Source: Eledone cirrhosa (taxonomy: Eukaryota). Taken from it: a stretch of 64,000 nucleotides of DNA. Of this stretch, positions 30,407-44,011 are shown in pieces. How positions within the stretch are numbered: the stretch's first letter is position 1; every line of letters starts with the position of its first letter. The notes beneath the pieces are model-generated. The model did not search any database. It saw only the letters and a list, made by a program, of their open reading frames with translations, and was not told where the DNA came from. Made by a program: the position numbers and the translations under genes. The DNA is taken from assembly GCA_964016885.1 (NCBI GenBank), contig OZ024741.1, positions 220,720,001 through 220,784,000 of the forward strand. The letters run 5' to 3'.

Positions 30407-30657
30407 TGAATATGCTTGTATATATATATATATATGCAATATATATATATATATATATATGCAATATATATGTATATGTTTGCATGTGCATGTATTTATC
30501 CGTGTAATATACCAGGGCATTACCATCTTCCATTTCCTCTTGATAAAGGTTGTTTAACCCCGAAATATTGAACTACAAGGTAAAAATGTAAACTGGAGTT
30601 TCTTATTGTTTTCATTCTGTTTCAAAACCTCAATTTCCAACTATATATATACATATA

Positions 30658-30694
<37 letters not shown>

Positions 30695-31032
30695 ATTTTA
30701 CCCTGGATTTCAGTAAATTCTGTGGATGAATTTGTATCCTGATTCTCTTTTGAGATGAGTTTGAATTATTTTTCCTAAATCTTACGTTAACTACTTTTCC
30801 CATCTTGACGCCATAGTCGCATATATGTTATATTAGCTTCTCGCTAAAACAATTTCTATACCTTTCATTTATATATATATATATATAGAGAGAGTTTTTG
30901 TTTCCGTAGTAGGCTTAGAACATAACGTATTCCGCTGTGCAATGCACACGAGCTACAGTCATGACATCAGCCGGATGCCTGGAACAGGTAAAAAAAGAGT
31001 AAAAGAGTATATATATATATATATATATATAA

Positions 31033-31132
<100 letters not shown>

Positions 31133-31589
31133 TAGAGAAGGTGAGATTGGAAATAGCACGGAAAATATATTTAAGGGTCTGTTTTTCTTTTTTTTCCCTT
31201 TATTTGATTCGTCAAAGTGACATTAGTGAAAATATGACACTATTGAAAAAATAATAGGGACAATTCTTTTAAAAAAGAGTTTTATAATGTATATAAATTA
31301 TATAAAGTATATTACCGGTTTCGATTTATTAGTAAAATTCACCTTATCAAATGTTGAATATTACAATTAAAGAGAATTATCAAGAATTAAAAACTAAAAA
31401 TTAAAGATTTAAAATTACGTGTTGAGGTTAGTTTTTTTTCAATTAAGAATAAATTGGCGACAGTTGCAAATAGGACACGAGCCTCACATCTGTCGGTATA
31501 ATCAAAAACTGTTTTACAATTACACCAAAGGTTTTATTCACTTCTTCCCTCAACACGCGTGCGTGTGTGTGTGTGTGTGTGTGTGAAGG

Positions 31590-32045
31590 TGTGAAGATGC
31601 GTGGCTAATGGTTAGGGTGTTCGGCGTATCATCGTAAAGTCGTGATTTCGAGCTGGGTGGTGCCTTGTCCTTGAGCAAAAATACTCTATTTCACGTTGCT
31701 CCAGTTCTCTCAGCTCACAAAATGAGTTGTACCTGTAATTCAAGTGGCCTGTCCTTGTCATGCTGTGTCATGCTGAATCTCCCTTGAACTACGTTGAGAG
31801 TACACGTGTCTATGGAATTGAGCAAAAAGACTCTATTTCACGTTGCTCCAGTTCTCTCAGCTAACAAAATGAGTTGTACCTGTAATTCAAGTGGCCTGTC
31901 CTTGTCATGCTGTGTCATGCTGAATCTCCCTTGAACTACGTTGAGAGTACACGTGTCTATGGAATTCTCAGGTTCTCTCACGATAATTTCTCAAGCAGGC
32001 AGTTCGGTTGATTGAATTACTTGAAGCACTCATCGTCGGAAACTA
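31590..32045 (+). mobile_element. tRNA-derived SINE-2 with an internal ~147-bp tandem duplication
   Basis: gcgtggctaatggttagg (A box)...ccttgagcaaaa.actctatttcacgttgctccagt; 31671-31818 is repeated at 31818-31966. Confidence 0.75.
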
Positions 32046-32726
32046 CGGAGGTCTCTCTTTCTCTCTATATATATATATATATTATATAAACAAAGTTGTG
32101 GTAAGATACCATAACTCACCAGAGTACTCGATACTTAAGGTAGTAGAGTGGGTAATAGGAAAATAGTCAAGACCCCGGTGTCCTGACTCTTTTCATATAT
32201 ATATATAATATGTGTGTGTAAATGTTTGTTGTGTTGCTTTTTTTTATACAAACATCTATACATCTATGGTAGAACTTAATTAAACTATCAAAATACAACC
32301 GATTATATATACAGTATTTTACCATATTTCCTGTCATATAATTATATATAACTCTTTGAGAATTTAACAAAAGATACTTTAAAACAGCTTTGTTAATTCA
32401 AACGTTTATACTGTCTTTATTAGGGGTCAGATTAGTGTGCAAATTTCCAGTAAACACTTTATTTTTAACGTGGTGCTAACGTATTGTGTTTTGTACTTTT
32501 CAAGACTGTCTTTCTTATGTAGCTTTATGTGATTTAGGAAATTCGAATATCTATCTTATCTTTACTAGTAGGCAGATTTTTGTGAAAAATTGAAGCATAT
32601 ATGTAAAGTCTTTACTTTTTATGGTAATGCACTTTTCACAAATGTCTTGCTAATATGATTTCATGCGGTACAAGATGTAAGGTTTTAACTACGGTACAAG
32701 ATGTGTTAAAACTACGATAAAAGATG

Positions 32727-35018
32727 TATAACCGAATACTGGTGTGTATCAATATAGCAAGACACTAGGTTGTGTATATAAAGTTTAATTAACAAGTTGA
32801 AGTTATGTAGTATAGAATTGTTGACATGTCAAGAGTAGATGAAATATGAAGTAAAGTTATTTGTTACCGTTTTGAAGTTAGCTCGCAAGAGACCATGTTA
32901 GGGTTGCCAGAGAGTAGAGACTCGGCGAACGCGCCTGGTCAAAGGCCAGCAGCCGAAAGGGAAAATGAGAGAGAGATCGCTCTGAGTATCCCTTTTATAG
33001 GGTCTCAAGACGGAAGTGACAAAAAGGGTTCTGCCACCCCAACGGAAAGTAACTCCAGCTACTTCCTGTCTAGAGAGCGTTAATATATTGGGTGATTTGA
33101 TCGTCACAACAGGGGAGGCAACTCTTGCTATATTATCCCCCGCCAGATTTTAAAAACATAAAAATCGAATGAACCATGTATGAAGTAAGATGGCGAGCAT
33201 GTTGTAACACCAAAGTCCAGGCATGAAAATTACTAAAAAAATAATGTTTGCAATAAAAGGAAAACAGCAAAATATATGCATGCAAAAATCAATGATTGAT
33301 ATCAAGGTAGCCAACCGCTCTTGGCCAGAGAACGACTGGACATCTATCTATCCATCACTCAAAGATACAATGTAATCAAAGTAAAAGAAGAGGTCAAAGT
33401 TCAAATGTTCAAAATACAGTTCACAGGTGTGCAATCACATGACAGCAGGAAAGAAAGTGTGTTCCAGAGAATGTATGCAGGTGGTTTCTGGTCTGTGACA
33501 TAACGTGAAATTTCCAACCTCCGAAGGGATTTTCTCACAGGCAGAGTGCTGCAAAAATAAATTCTCTGGCTTGTTCTGCTGGTTTTAGTTGTTGATGAAG
33601 CTGTGTTGTTGTTGTTGATGTTGTTGTCTCGCGGAGTGAGCGTATTCGATGGTTAAATTCACAGTAAAACTTTTCCCAGAAAAATGAGTTGCGCAAAGTG
33701 CTAGAAATAACAGCCAAAGTTGATGGTCGATGTTGAGAATGCGTTGACCTGGAAGGGTCCAGAGGCCAGCGACCAAAGAAATAAGCATTCTGAATAAATG
33801 CGCAGTTTTCAACGGCAAATTTACGTGTTAAATTTTTAAACCGGCAAATAGGAGAATATAGCTTAAGGCTGGAGAATCCTTGGCAAGAAACATTATCTAT
33901 GGCGTGTGGTATCTCAGTGAGTCGAGATGTGTGCTGCCCACACGTGCCAAAACAAGGTTGTTGGCAGCCATTTTGAAAAACTCGCGTGTGAACGTGATAA
34001 TATCATGAAACAGAAAGAAAGGCTTCACTTGGTATAACAAATATGGCGAGTTCAACTTTTTTGCGAACGATGAAAAAAGCTTGGCGGAAATAATAAGCAA
34101 TAGTTGAGATTCAGCGTCAATAAATGTTCATGTTGAAATGTGTAAAAAAAAAAATCAAATTTCCCTTTTATTTTTTTAAATGTTCGTTGTAAGAAGAAAC
34201 GAAAAACATATATATACATCCAGAGAAATGCGACACAGTTGATGTGCGACACGTGCGTGAAAGGCAAAATGTTCTGTTTATTTTGCTTGCTGAGAAAAAA
34301 TTTATTTTCTGATGTGTTCGTTATAAGACAGTGTATGCAGAGAGAAATCCTTGTCTAAGGAGGTCGGAGGGATTTCTTAGTCCGAAAAAAAAGTATCACG
34401 TTAGGTGAGAGAAGAAGAGTCTGTCTGAACGAGAATTTCACATGTGCGTGTATTTGTTTCTGTGTCTGAGTATTTTTCCTAGTTCGTTAATAAAGTTTGC
34501 TGCGTATTCGAAATGTTGTCCGACACATTCCAACGAAAATGGGGTACTGCTAATTAATTTTCTTTTTTCCATACTCACCCAACACCAGATTCTGTTACTT
34601 TTTCTTTTCTATTCGGGGTCACCACTTATAACAAAATACTGGTGTGTATCACTAGGTTGTGTATATAAAGTTTAATTAACAAGTTGAAGTTATGTAGTAT
34701 AGAATTGTTGACATGTCAAGAGTAGATGAAATATGAAGTAAAGTTATTTGTTACCGTTTTGAAGTTAGCTCGCAAGAGACCATCTTAGGGTTGCCAGGGA
34801 GTAGAGACTCGGCGAAAGCGCTTGGCCGAAGGCCAGCAGCCGAAAAGGCAAGTGAGAGAGAGATCGCTCTGAGTATCCCTTTTATAGGGTCTCAAGACGG
34901 AAGTGACAAAAAGGGTTCTGCCACCCCAACGGGAAGTAACTCCAGCTACTTCCTGTCTAGAGAGCGTTAATCTATTGGTGATGTGATCGTCACAACAAGG
35001 GAGGCAACTCTTGCTACA
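32727..35018 (-). mobile_element. Complete non-autonomous LTR retroelement (Gypsy-like signals)
   Basis: LTRs 34627-35018 (5') and 32727-33132 (3'), starting tgtagc/tatagc and ending gttata on - strand; PBS tggtgaccccga; PPT-like ggcgggggataa; 4-bp TSD GATG (32723-32726, 35019-35022); 1.5-kb interior lacks a long ORF. Confidence 0.9.
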
Positions 35019-35160
35019 GATGTAAGGTGTTAAACTGCGGTACAAAATGTGTTAATCTGCGGTACCAGATGTGCTAAACTGCGGTACAAGATGTGTTAAT
35101 CTGCGGTACAAGATGTGTTAATCTGCGGTTCAAGATGTGTTAATCTGCTGTACAAGATCT
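35019..35160. repeat. 22-bp tandem repeat (gcggtacaagatgtgttaatct), continued at 32665-32726
   Basis: The array is split by the LTR insertion. Confidence 0.8.
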
Positions 35161-35921
35161 AAGGTGTGAAACTTAATTATATGATAATATTTTTCTTTTA
35201 AACTGTTTATTCCAATTTGACTTGTAAATTATCTCACTTGATTGGATATCTAATTTGGTAATCGATCTGAAACTCTTGATTTGATACCTAATATGGTAAT
35301 CGATCTGAAATACTTCAGCAATTGCACCTGGAATGGAATGGGCATACGTCGGTTTCGACTGAGAGTGTTCTAGTACGATCAACGGAACAACCTGTTGAAA
35401 TCAACGTGTAAGTGCCCTACCATTCAACAGACACGTGTACCCTTAATGCAGTTCTCAGATTCAATCTTCCACTGGTACAGCCCATCCGAAGGGGTCCCAA
35501 ACAATTTTCGCCTAACCAGTTACATTTACAGGCCATGGGTTGATCTCAGACAATGATAAATGAAACTTGCTCGCATTTACATGGATTAGGACCGAATTTA
35601 GGACTTAATGATTGCTAGGTTAACTTCTTAACCATTAGGCCATGCTAGGTTCACGCAACTGCATACACGTAACAAGAGAAAGATGTTTGCTTTGGTCACG
35701 CCCGAACTCTCGACATTAACTCTTGTGATACCAACCTACTCCAAACCACCTCTGCTTTTATGAAACAATGTCATCCATTTAAAAGTATTCCTACTGAAAT
35801 TTACATCTTTCAACATAATTTTATATAAAAAAATAATAAGTTTGTATTTTACTAACGAAATAACTAATAATTTGATTAGATTACTACAAAATTATTCATT
35901 ACATATACATTATATATATAC

Positions 35922-35954
<33 letters not shown>

Positions 35955-35994
35955 ATATACATATATATATACATATACATATATACATACATAT

Positions 35995-36034
<40 letters not shown>

Positions 36035-36091
36035 TCTCTTCTAAATAATATACACTTTAACTTTATTATATACTTTTTATGATATTTCCTG

Positions 36092-36137
36092 TACCATGAA
36101 GAAGTCGAAATTCTTATCGACTGAAACCGGTACTATA
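36092..36137 (+). ncRNA. Degenerate hammerhead
   Basis: ATGAAGA-agtcgaaattcttatcgact-GAAA-ccgg-TA; C3 is mutated. Confidence 0.45.
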
Positions 36138-36226
36138 AATTGATTTTTGAAAACAGTTTTTGTTTTTCTATGAGAAATTCCTATTTGCATTTTCTACATT
36201 TTTTCTTATTTTCCTAATATAATATA

Positions 36227-36293
<67 letters not shown>

Positions 36294-36949
36294 GAAAAGT
36301 ATAGAAATTATTGTAGCAAGAAGCCAACAGTATTCCATATATATATATATATATATATATTAGTTTAGCGATTGTAACATAAAGTTACTGATAGTGACCA
36401 TTCTGTGCGTAGTGTCTAGGATGTAATTTGGTGTTGTACTGAGGAGCGCAATATTAATCATACGTATGGACGAGGTGTCAAATTTTCATCAACTTTATTC
36501 AGGTGTGACGTGCGTTGTGCGATTAATCAGCTCATGGTTCGATCTGTATCGATCGGGCCTAACTCTGTATGTAATCAAAAGCTCATCGGACTTCTATGTG
36601 CTTAATTATGAGTTTATGTGTATATATTTCTAGATATTTTGTCTATGTATTTTCTTTTGGTGGTTAGTTTGGTGAAGTTTATAGTTAACATACGTAAGGA
36701 GAAGGTTGAACAAGGCTTATTAGGTAATATGGTTGTAGTCGCCCCAAATAATAGTTTTATTATACAGAAACTATGTAATATGACTCTTGGTGGAGTTGTA
36801 GGGGTGTCGTTGGAACATAAAGCGTGTTGTGTGCGTTTGAAACTTAGTTGATCTCTATACTATCTCCAGGTCAGAACAGAGCTGATTGCTCCTGAGAATA
36901 AGAGAGATAGAAAGAAAATGCTAAAGAAGTATAGATGAACAATCGACTC

Positions 36950-37338
36950 CCAGTACTGGACTGTACTGGATACGACTGGTCATTATTTTATCGACCTCGA
37001 AAGATGAATGTTGCCCTTGTCGGGAATAGAACTCAGAACGCAGAGTGTCTCGGAACGAGTGCAAGCATGCATTCGTGCGCTATAAACAGCCGGTGCTTCT
37101 CTCAGTTTCACGGCGTGAAGCGACTGAGAGTACAAGACTCCCCCTGGACAGGACGCCGATCCATCGCAGGGTTAAAGCCCCAGTTATAGCTGGTACTCAT
37201 TTTCAGCTGAGTATACTGGAACAACGTAAAATGAAGTGTTTCGCTCAAGAACACAACACGCAACTCAGCCCAGGAATCGAACTCACGACATTACGATCGT
37301 AAGTCTAACACCCTTACCACTAGGCCACGTCCCTTCAC
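36950..37338 (-). mobile_element. SINE-1 fragment adjacent to a SINE-2 copy
   Basis: ttttatcgacctcgaaagatgaa...gaactcagaacg; cagctgagtatactggaacaacgtaaaatgaagtgtttcgctcaag...ccactaggccac. Confidence 0.65.
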
Positions 37339-37819
37339 GAGTACCGATAAAATTTCCACTCTCCTACTATCCCACGACTTTCCTAAAGTTCTTCTACTTC
37401 ATTGCTCTGTGGTATAGGAGAAATATTTTGATGCCAGTATCGAGACTATTTGGTCTTCTTAACTAGTGTAAAATCAATAACAATGTGGCTATTAACCTCA
37501 CATTTTCCATTAGTCATCATTATTATAGTGGTGCTCATCATTATTCCTATTATTATCTGCACTGATATAACAAGCCTGAAGAGACAGTTTCTAGAGTCTA
37601 CTATACTATATGTTAGTAGAGTGTTGAGTTGTGAGATGGAGCAGACACTAATTAATGTGGCAGGGTCCTTGGACAGAACTTTGTCTTACTTTCTACTTCT
37701 CTCTACTTCATGTCACTTTAAATAAGTAGACCTCGTTTCTGCTGTTATTACCACCAACCAGACTAATATTTGATTACCAGATACCATCTACAGAATATAA
37801 CCTATCTTTAAATATGGGA

Positions 37820-38645
<826 letters not shown>

Positions 38646-38958
38646 GTATGGAGGGGGGGGTCAAACTACCAATAACTTTAACACATAAATAGGGTTTCAT
38701 TTCAGTTTTATTAGTGTAACGGCAACTAATTCATTGGTCGGTTAGATTGCTAAACGAATGGTTGTTTGATATTTAATTATCGTAACACTTTCGTGACCTT
38801 CTCAATGACTCTTCCTACTCCTCTCCTTGATACATGGAAAATGCTGAGTGGGTATATTAGTGGAAATAGTTTCGGCTAGTTACGTCTTCTAGCCTTCATC
38901 AGTGTAGAAGATGTAACTAACTGAAATCACCCAGCTCGCGGTAGATGCTCTTCCTTCA

Positions 38959-38992
<34 letters not shown>

Positions 38993-39105
38993 CTATAGAA
39001 AGGCTTCTACAAGACAAGAACTGTTTCATTCGGAAGAAATCATGAGGTTTCCTGATGATTTCTCCCGAATGAAACAGTTCTAGTCCGGTAGAAGCTCTTC
39101 TATCT
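38993..39105. mobile_element. Family B micro fold-back made almost entirely of the hammerhead
   Basis: ggtttc-CTGATGA(39052)-tttctcccgaat-GAAA-cagttctagtccgg-TA-gaagct, preceded by its own reverse complement. Confidence 0.78.
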
Positions 39106-39622
39106 ATATATATAAAACAGAGAATGTCTGCCTGTCTGTGTGTGTGTGTGGGGGGGGGGGGGTGCAGGTAATTCCGAAGGAAAAGCATAGGAAAAAAAAA
39201 AATATATATATATATATATATCTTTTTTCCTTTGCTTTTCCTTCGCTTTATATATTCCTTTGCCTTATATATATATATATATATATTTTTTTTTCCTTTG
39301 CTTTTCCTTCGGAATTTTTTATTTTTGACTTTATATTTTTTGTTCTTATTCATTTATTTATTTATTCTTATTACTTCATGTATATGTATGGGTATGTATT
39401 TTGTCCATGTATGTAGATACATATACGTTTATGTGATAATGTATACGTCTACGTACTTTTGAAGTATATGCGCGTGGCTGAGTGTGTGTATGTTTATATA
39501 TTTATTGTTTATATATATATGTATTCTTTTTCTTCTTTTTTTTCGCCCGTTGTTTCCTCAGCCTCACTTTCATATTTCTTATATTTTGTTTTCAAATCCA
39601 TATTTAATAAAAACACCATGTG

Positions 39623-39687
39623 TTATTCAGTCTGACGACTGAAAACAGATATATTTGCTTTCAAGAAACCACTGGTAAATGAAATAA
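39623..39687 (+). ncRNA. Type I hammerhead motif
   Basis: ttattcagt-CTGACGA-ctgaaa...tttcaa-GAAA-ccactgg-TA-aatgaaataa. Confidence 0.62.
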
Positions 39688-39937
39688 TTATCTTATGTTG
39701 TTTATTATATAACTAATAAGCTCTGTAGCCTACATAGAGCACTCTTTTTTCCTGTACCTTTCCGACGGAATTACTTCATTCATTTATATATATTTATATA
39801 TATATATATACAATAAAGTGTGTCCATAAAATCATTTGATAAAATATATACACCATCTCCTCTCCCAATCAGCATAATCAACCACACAAAAAAACAATTA
39901 AACCAGGCTATAAGATTAAAAGGCAACTATGAAGAAA

Positions 39938-40125
39938 TAATTGTTTCTACTTTTGGCACAAGGCCAGCAATTATCCGAGTGTATTACTGGTACTTTATTT
40001 ATCGACCCTGTAAGAATGAAAGGCAAAATTAACCTCGGCGGCATTTGAACTCAGATCATAAAGGGAGGTAACTCTATGCTTCAAAGCATGGCGTCCGACC
40101 CTCTACCGATACTGCCAATCCACCT
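39938..40125 (-). mobile_element. SINE-1 copy
   Basis: Same unit as the 44012-44795 array. Confidence 0.8.
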
Positions 40126-40541
40126 ATGAAGAAATAATAGATAAATAAACGACAGCCATCTATTCGCGATCAACAGCTATGGAATAATTACCCACCATTA
40201 CAATAGCACGTGGAAATCGATTAAATATATCGTCAACCATACACAATTAGGTATAAAATCAAAGTTAGTTTAAAAAATGTATATAAACATACCAAGATTA
40301 TGTTTCTACCCCATGGGAATTCATTCGCTTTTGGAAATAACCGATCAAGGATAAATTCACGAGCTTCGAAATCATCAGGAAACAAACTCACTTGGACGAA
40401 GAATTTTCTTAAATGATCCCCGCCAGAAACGAATTCAAAATGGCTAAGAACTGTGACGTGGCAGTGGTCAAGTCAGAAAGAATGTGATTTGTGCGAACCA
40501 TTCACGATGTGGCTCAATGACGAATTAATTAATTAAATAAT

Positions 40542-40578
<37 letters not shown>

Positions 40579-40619
40579 GTATATATATATATATAAAGAT
40601 ATATATATATATATATATT

Positions 40620-41041
40620 TCTTTATTAGCCACAGGGGCACAAAAGAAGGGGACAAATACAAAGGGGGAAGTTTACATACAATAAAAACGTGTAAAATGT
40701 TATCACAAATGCAATTTAAAGAATTAGTCGATTTTCCCCAATAGAGGGAGACGGTTTATATGGGTAACACATACACCCGAAAAAAAATGTGCAACCCTCA
40801 TCTCCAGGAGTACGAAGAGCTTGTACTCCTTTCCTCTCCTCCTCCTTTTCCTCAACCTACAGGCTGATATAGAGAGAAGGCCCATTCACTCGGGCCATTC
40901 TCGCCACTTTCACCCACCTTTCATAAAACTTGCTGGGGTACAGCACCTCTCTCTCCATCCTGATTCTTCTTCCAAAGTGGTATTTGAAAAAAAGAATCAG
41001 TTGTTGGCCGGAGAGAAAGGTGTCTGACCTCAGCCCTTTCA

Positions 41042-41046
<5 letters not shown>
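40620..41046 (-). mobile_element. 3' end of an L1/Tx1-like LINE
   Basis: [32 protein letters not shown]...FYERWV followed by a T-rich 3' UTR ending ...ggctaataaag. Confidence 0.55.
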
Positions 41047-41119
<73 letters not shown>

Positions 41120-41144
41120 TTATATATATATATATATATATCTT

Positions 41145-41233
<89 letters not shown>

Positions 41234-41279
41234 ATATATATATATATATATAAAGATATATATATATATATATATATAA

Positions 41280-41624
<345 letters not shown>

Positions 41625-41648
41625 GTATAAATAAAGATATATATATGA

Positions 41649-41680
<32 letters not shown>

Positions 41681-41915
41681 TTTTTTCTAGTCGATTGACT
41701 TTTAGTCAAATCGGACCGAGGAAACTATGTTTCCGTTGGTCTTTCCAATTGCTAATACTATCTATCGGTCGCAACTCCAGGTAGAAGGAGCAACGTGAAA
41801 TAAAGTGTCTTGCTCAAGGACATAACGCATCGCCTGGTTCAGGAATCGAACTCACAACCTCAATATATATATATTCCTGGTTCAGGAATCGAACTCACAA
41901 CCTCAATTTATATAT

Positions 41916-41949
<34 letters not shown>

Positions 41950-41953
<4 letters not shown>

Positions 41954-42312
41954 AAATACAAATATTAATAAAATAGATGTTCTTTTTATCAATTACATTT
42001 TATTATACATATTTCAGATGTACAACAGTTAAATGGTTAAGATTTAATCAAGGTAGGACTACCTTGATTAAATCTTAAACATTTAACATCTCAGGGTATG
42101 TCATGTATCATTATATTTTGTCTGATGAGGACGTACTATTGTACATCTGAAATATGTATAATAAAATGTAATTGATAAAAAGAACATCTATTTTATTAAT
42201 ATTTGTATTTTAATATTAATAACTCTGGAAAATTATTTTTCTATAGAGTGCTTCCAATCTACTGTAAAACCCATTCTTTGATGTACTCATTGAATATTGT
42301 TTAACTCTTTAA
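41950..42312. mobile_element. Family A-related double fold-back insert with an intact hammerhead
   Basis: Outer arms 41950-42025 and ~42139-42213; inner hairpin 42028-42087. Confidence 0.82.
42115..42167 (+). ncRNA. Type I hammerhead ribozyme (intact core)
   Basis: attttgt-CTGATGA-ggacgtactattgtacatct-GAAA-tatgta-TA-ataaaat. Confidence 0.82.
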
Positions 42313-42339
42313 TATATATATACATATATATATATATAT

Positions 42340-42596
42340 CACCTTCATCACCTTGACCGACCAGTCTGTCGGGGGCGAATCGGCGCCGCTGGTCACAGCA
42401 CGTCGTGCTGTTTTAGCCATAAGATAACGCCATCCCACTGGCTGGGCGGTACTCATTTCTACAGCTGAGTAAACTGGAGCAGCGTGAAATAAAGTGTCTT
42501 GCTCAAGAAAACAACGCATCACCCGGTTCGAGAATTGAACTCACAACCTTTCGATTGCAAGCCCAATGCTCTAACCACTAAGCCATGCGCCTTCAC
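42340..42596 (-). mobile_element. tRNA-derived SINE-2 (partial copy also at 41785-41840)
   Basis: Reverse complement: gcgcatggcttagtggttagagc (A box)...gagttcaattctc (B box)...ttcttgagcaagacactttatttcacgctgctccagt. Confidence 0.8.
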
Positions 42597-42598
42597 AC

Positions 42599-42652
<54 letters not shown>

Positions 42653-42674
42653 ACATGAATGTATGCACTCTTGT

Positions 42675-42723
<49 letters not shown>

Positions 42724-43065
42724 GTCGGCTGCAATTCAGTTGATGGAAAACATTTTCGATTATGGTTGAAATTCAAGTCAGGAACAATGAAAATCGTTTA
42801 ACGTGAATGGGCGGACATTAAACCACGATTTAAATACAATTTATACAAGAACAATGTAGAAGAAATTATACAAACATACAAAGAAAATAATCACAAAAAG
42901 ATCTTTACATCAGACACAACATCGACAGCGTTAAACAGAAACAATAATAACATTTTCACTAACAACATCATGAATATTATATTAGCAAACAATAAAAAAT
43001 ATATATTAAACAAAACTCAGAAATAAAACAATATGAATTCTTGTACTAAATATTTGACAAAATAC

Positions 43066-43402
43066 GATAATTGTATACAGTACGAGGGTCTTACGTCGGC
43101 TGCGAGGACGGCCATTCTTGTTATTAGATCTACGGGAATAACTTGTTTGGATAATTGTATACACCACGAGGGGCTTCCGTCGGTTGCGACGATGACTGTT
43201 ACAGTTATTAGAGCAACGAGAATAACTTGCTTGGATAATTGTATACACTACGAGGGGCTTCCGTCGATGCGACGACGACCGTTCTAGTTATTAGATCAAT
43301 GGTAATAGCTTGTTTGGATAATTGTCTACAATACGAGGGGCTTCCGTTGGTTGCGACGACGACTGTTCTAGTTATTAGATCAAGAATAATAGCTTGTTTT
43401 TG
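43066..43402. repeat. About four copies of an ~84-bp tandem repeat
   Basis: gataattgtataca.tacgaggggcttccgtcggttgcgacga...gttattagatc...aacttgtttg recurs at ~43067, 43150, 43234 and 43317. Confidence 0.85.
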
Positions 43403-43479
43403 AAATGGATAAAATACGATAATTGATAATTGGGTCTTGTAATATCGACGATAGAAAAACATCATCGATAATGAACGAG

Positions 43480-43719
43480 TAACAACAACAACAACAACAT
43501 TAGCAGCAATGGAAGAACACCAACTTCAACACTACAAAGCAACAACAACAACATCATCATCATCATCAATAACATTATCAACATCATCATCTTCATCATC
43601 ATCATCATCAACAACATTATCAACAGCATCATCAACAATGAAACTACATCATCATCAACGTCAACAACAATGGAAGAACATCAACAGCATCCGCAACAAT
43701 GAAACATCATCATCAACGC

Positions 43720-43754
<35 letters not shown>

Positions 43755-44010
43755 TCACCATCATCAACGACATTATCGTCATCATCAACATCACCATCAA
43801 CGACAATGTCATCACCATCATCAACATTATCATTATCATCATCATCACCATCAACATCATCATCATCATCGCCATCGCCATCATCATCATCATCATCAAA
43901 ATCAACATCCTCATCATCATCTCCATCATCATCATCATCATCATCAACATCATCATTATCATCATCATCAAAAACAACAACCCCATCCGCAACCACCACA
44001 CCAACGACAG
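43480..44010. repeat. (CAT/CAA)n trinucleotide array
   Basis: Source of the poly-S, poly-H, poly-D and poly-M ORFs. Confidence 0.92.
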
Positions 44011-44011
44011 T

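Noticed and set aside
33133-34626. gag/pol in the LTR element interior
   Set aside because: Only short ORFs; no convincing zinc knuckle, protease, RT or integrase motif.
42520-42596. tRNA gene
   Set aside because: A/B boxes continue into a SINE body repeated several times; no clean cloverleaf.
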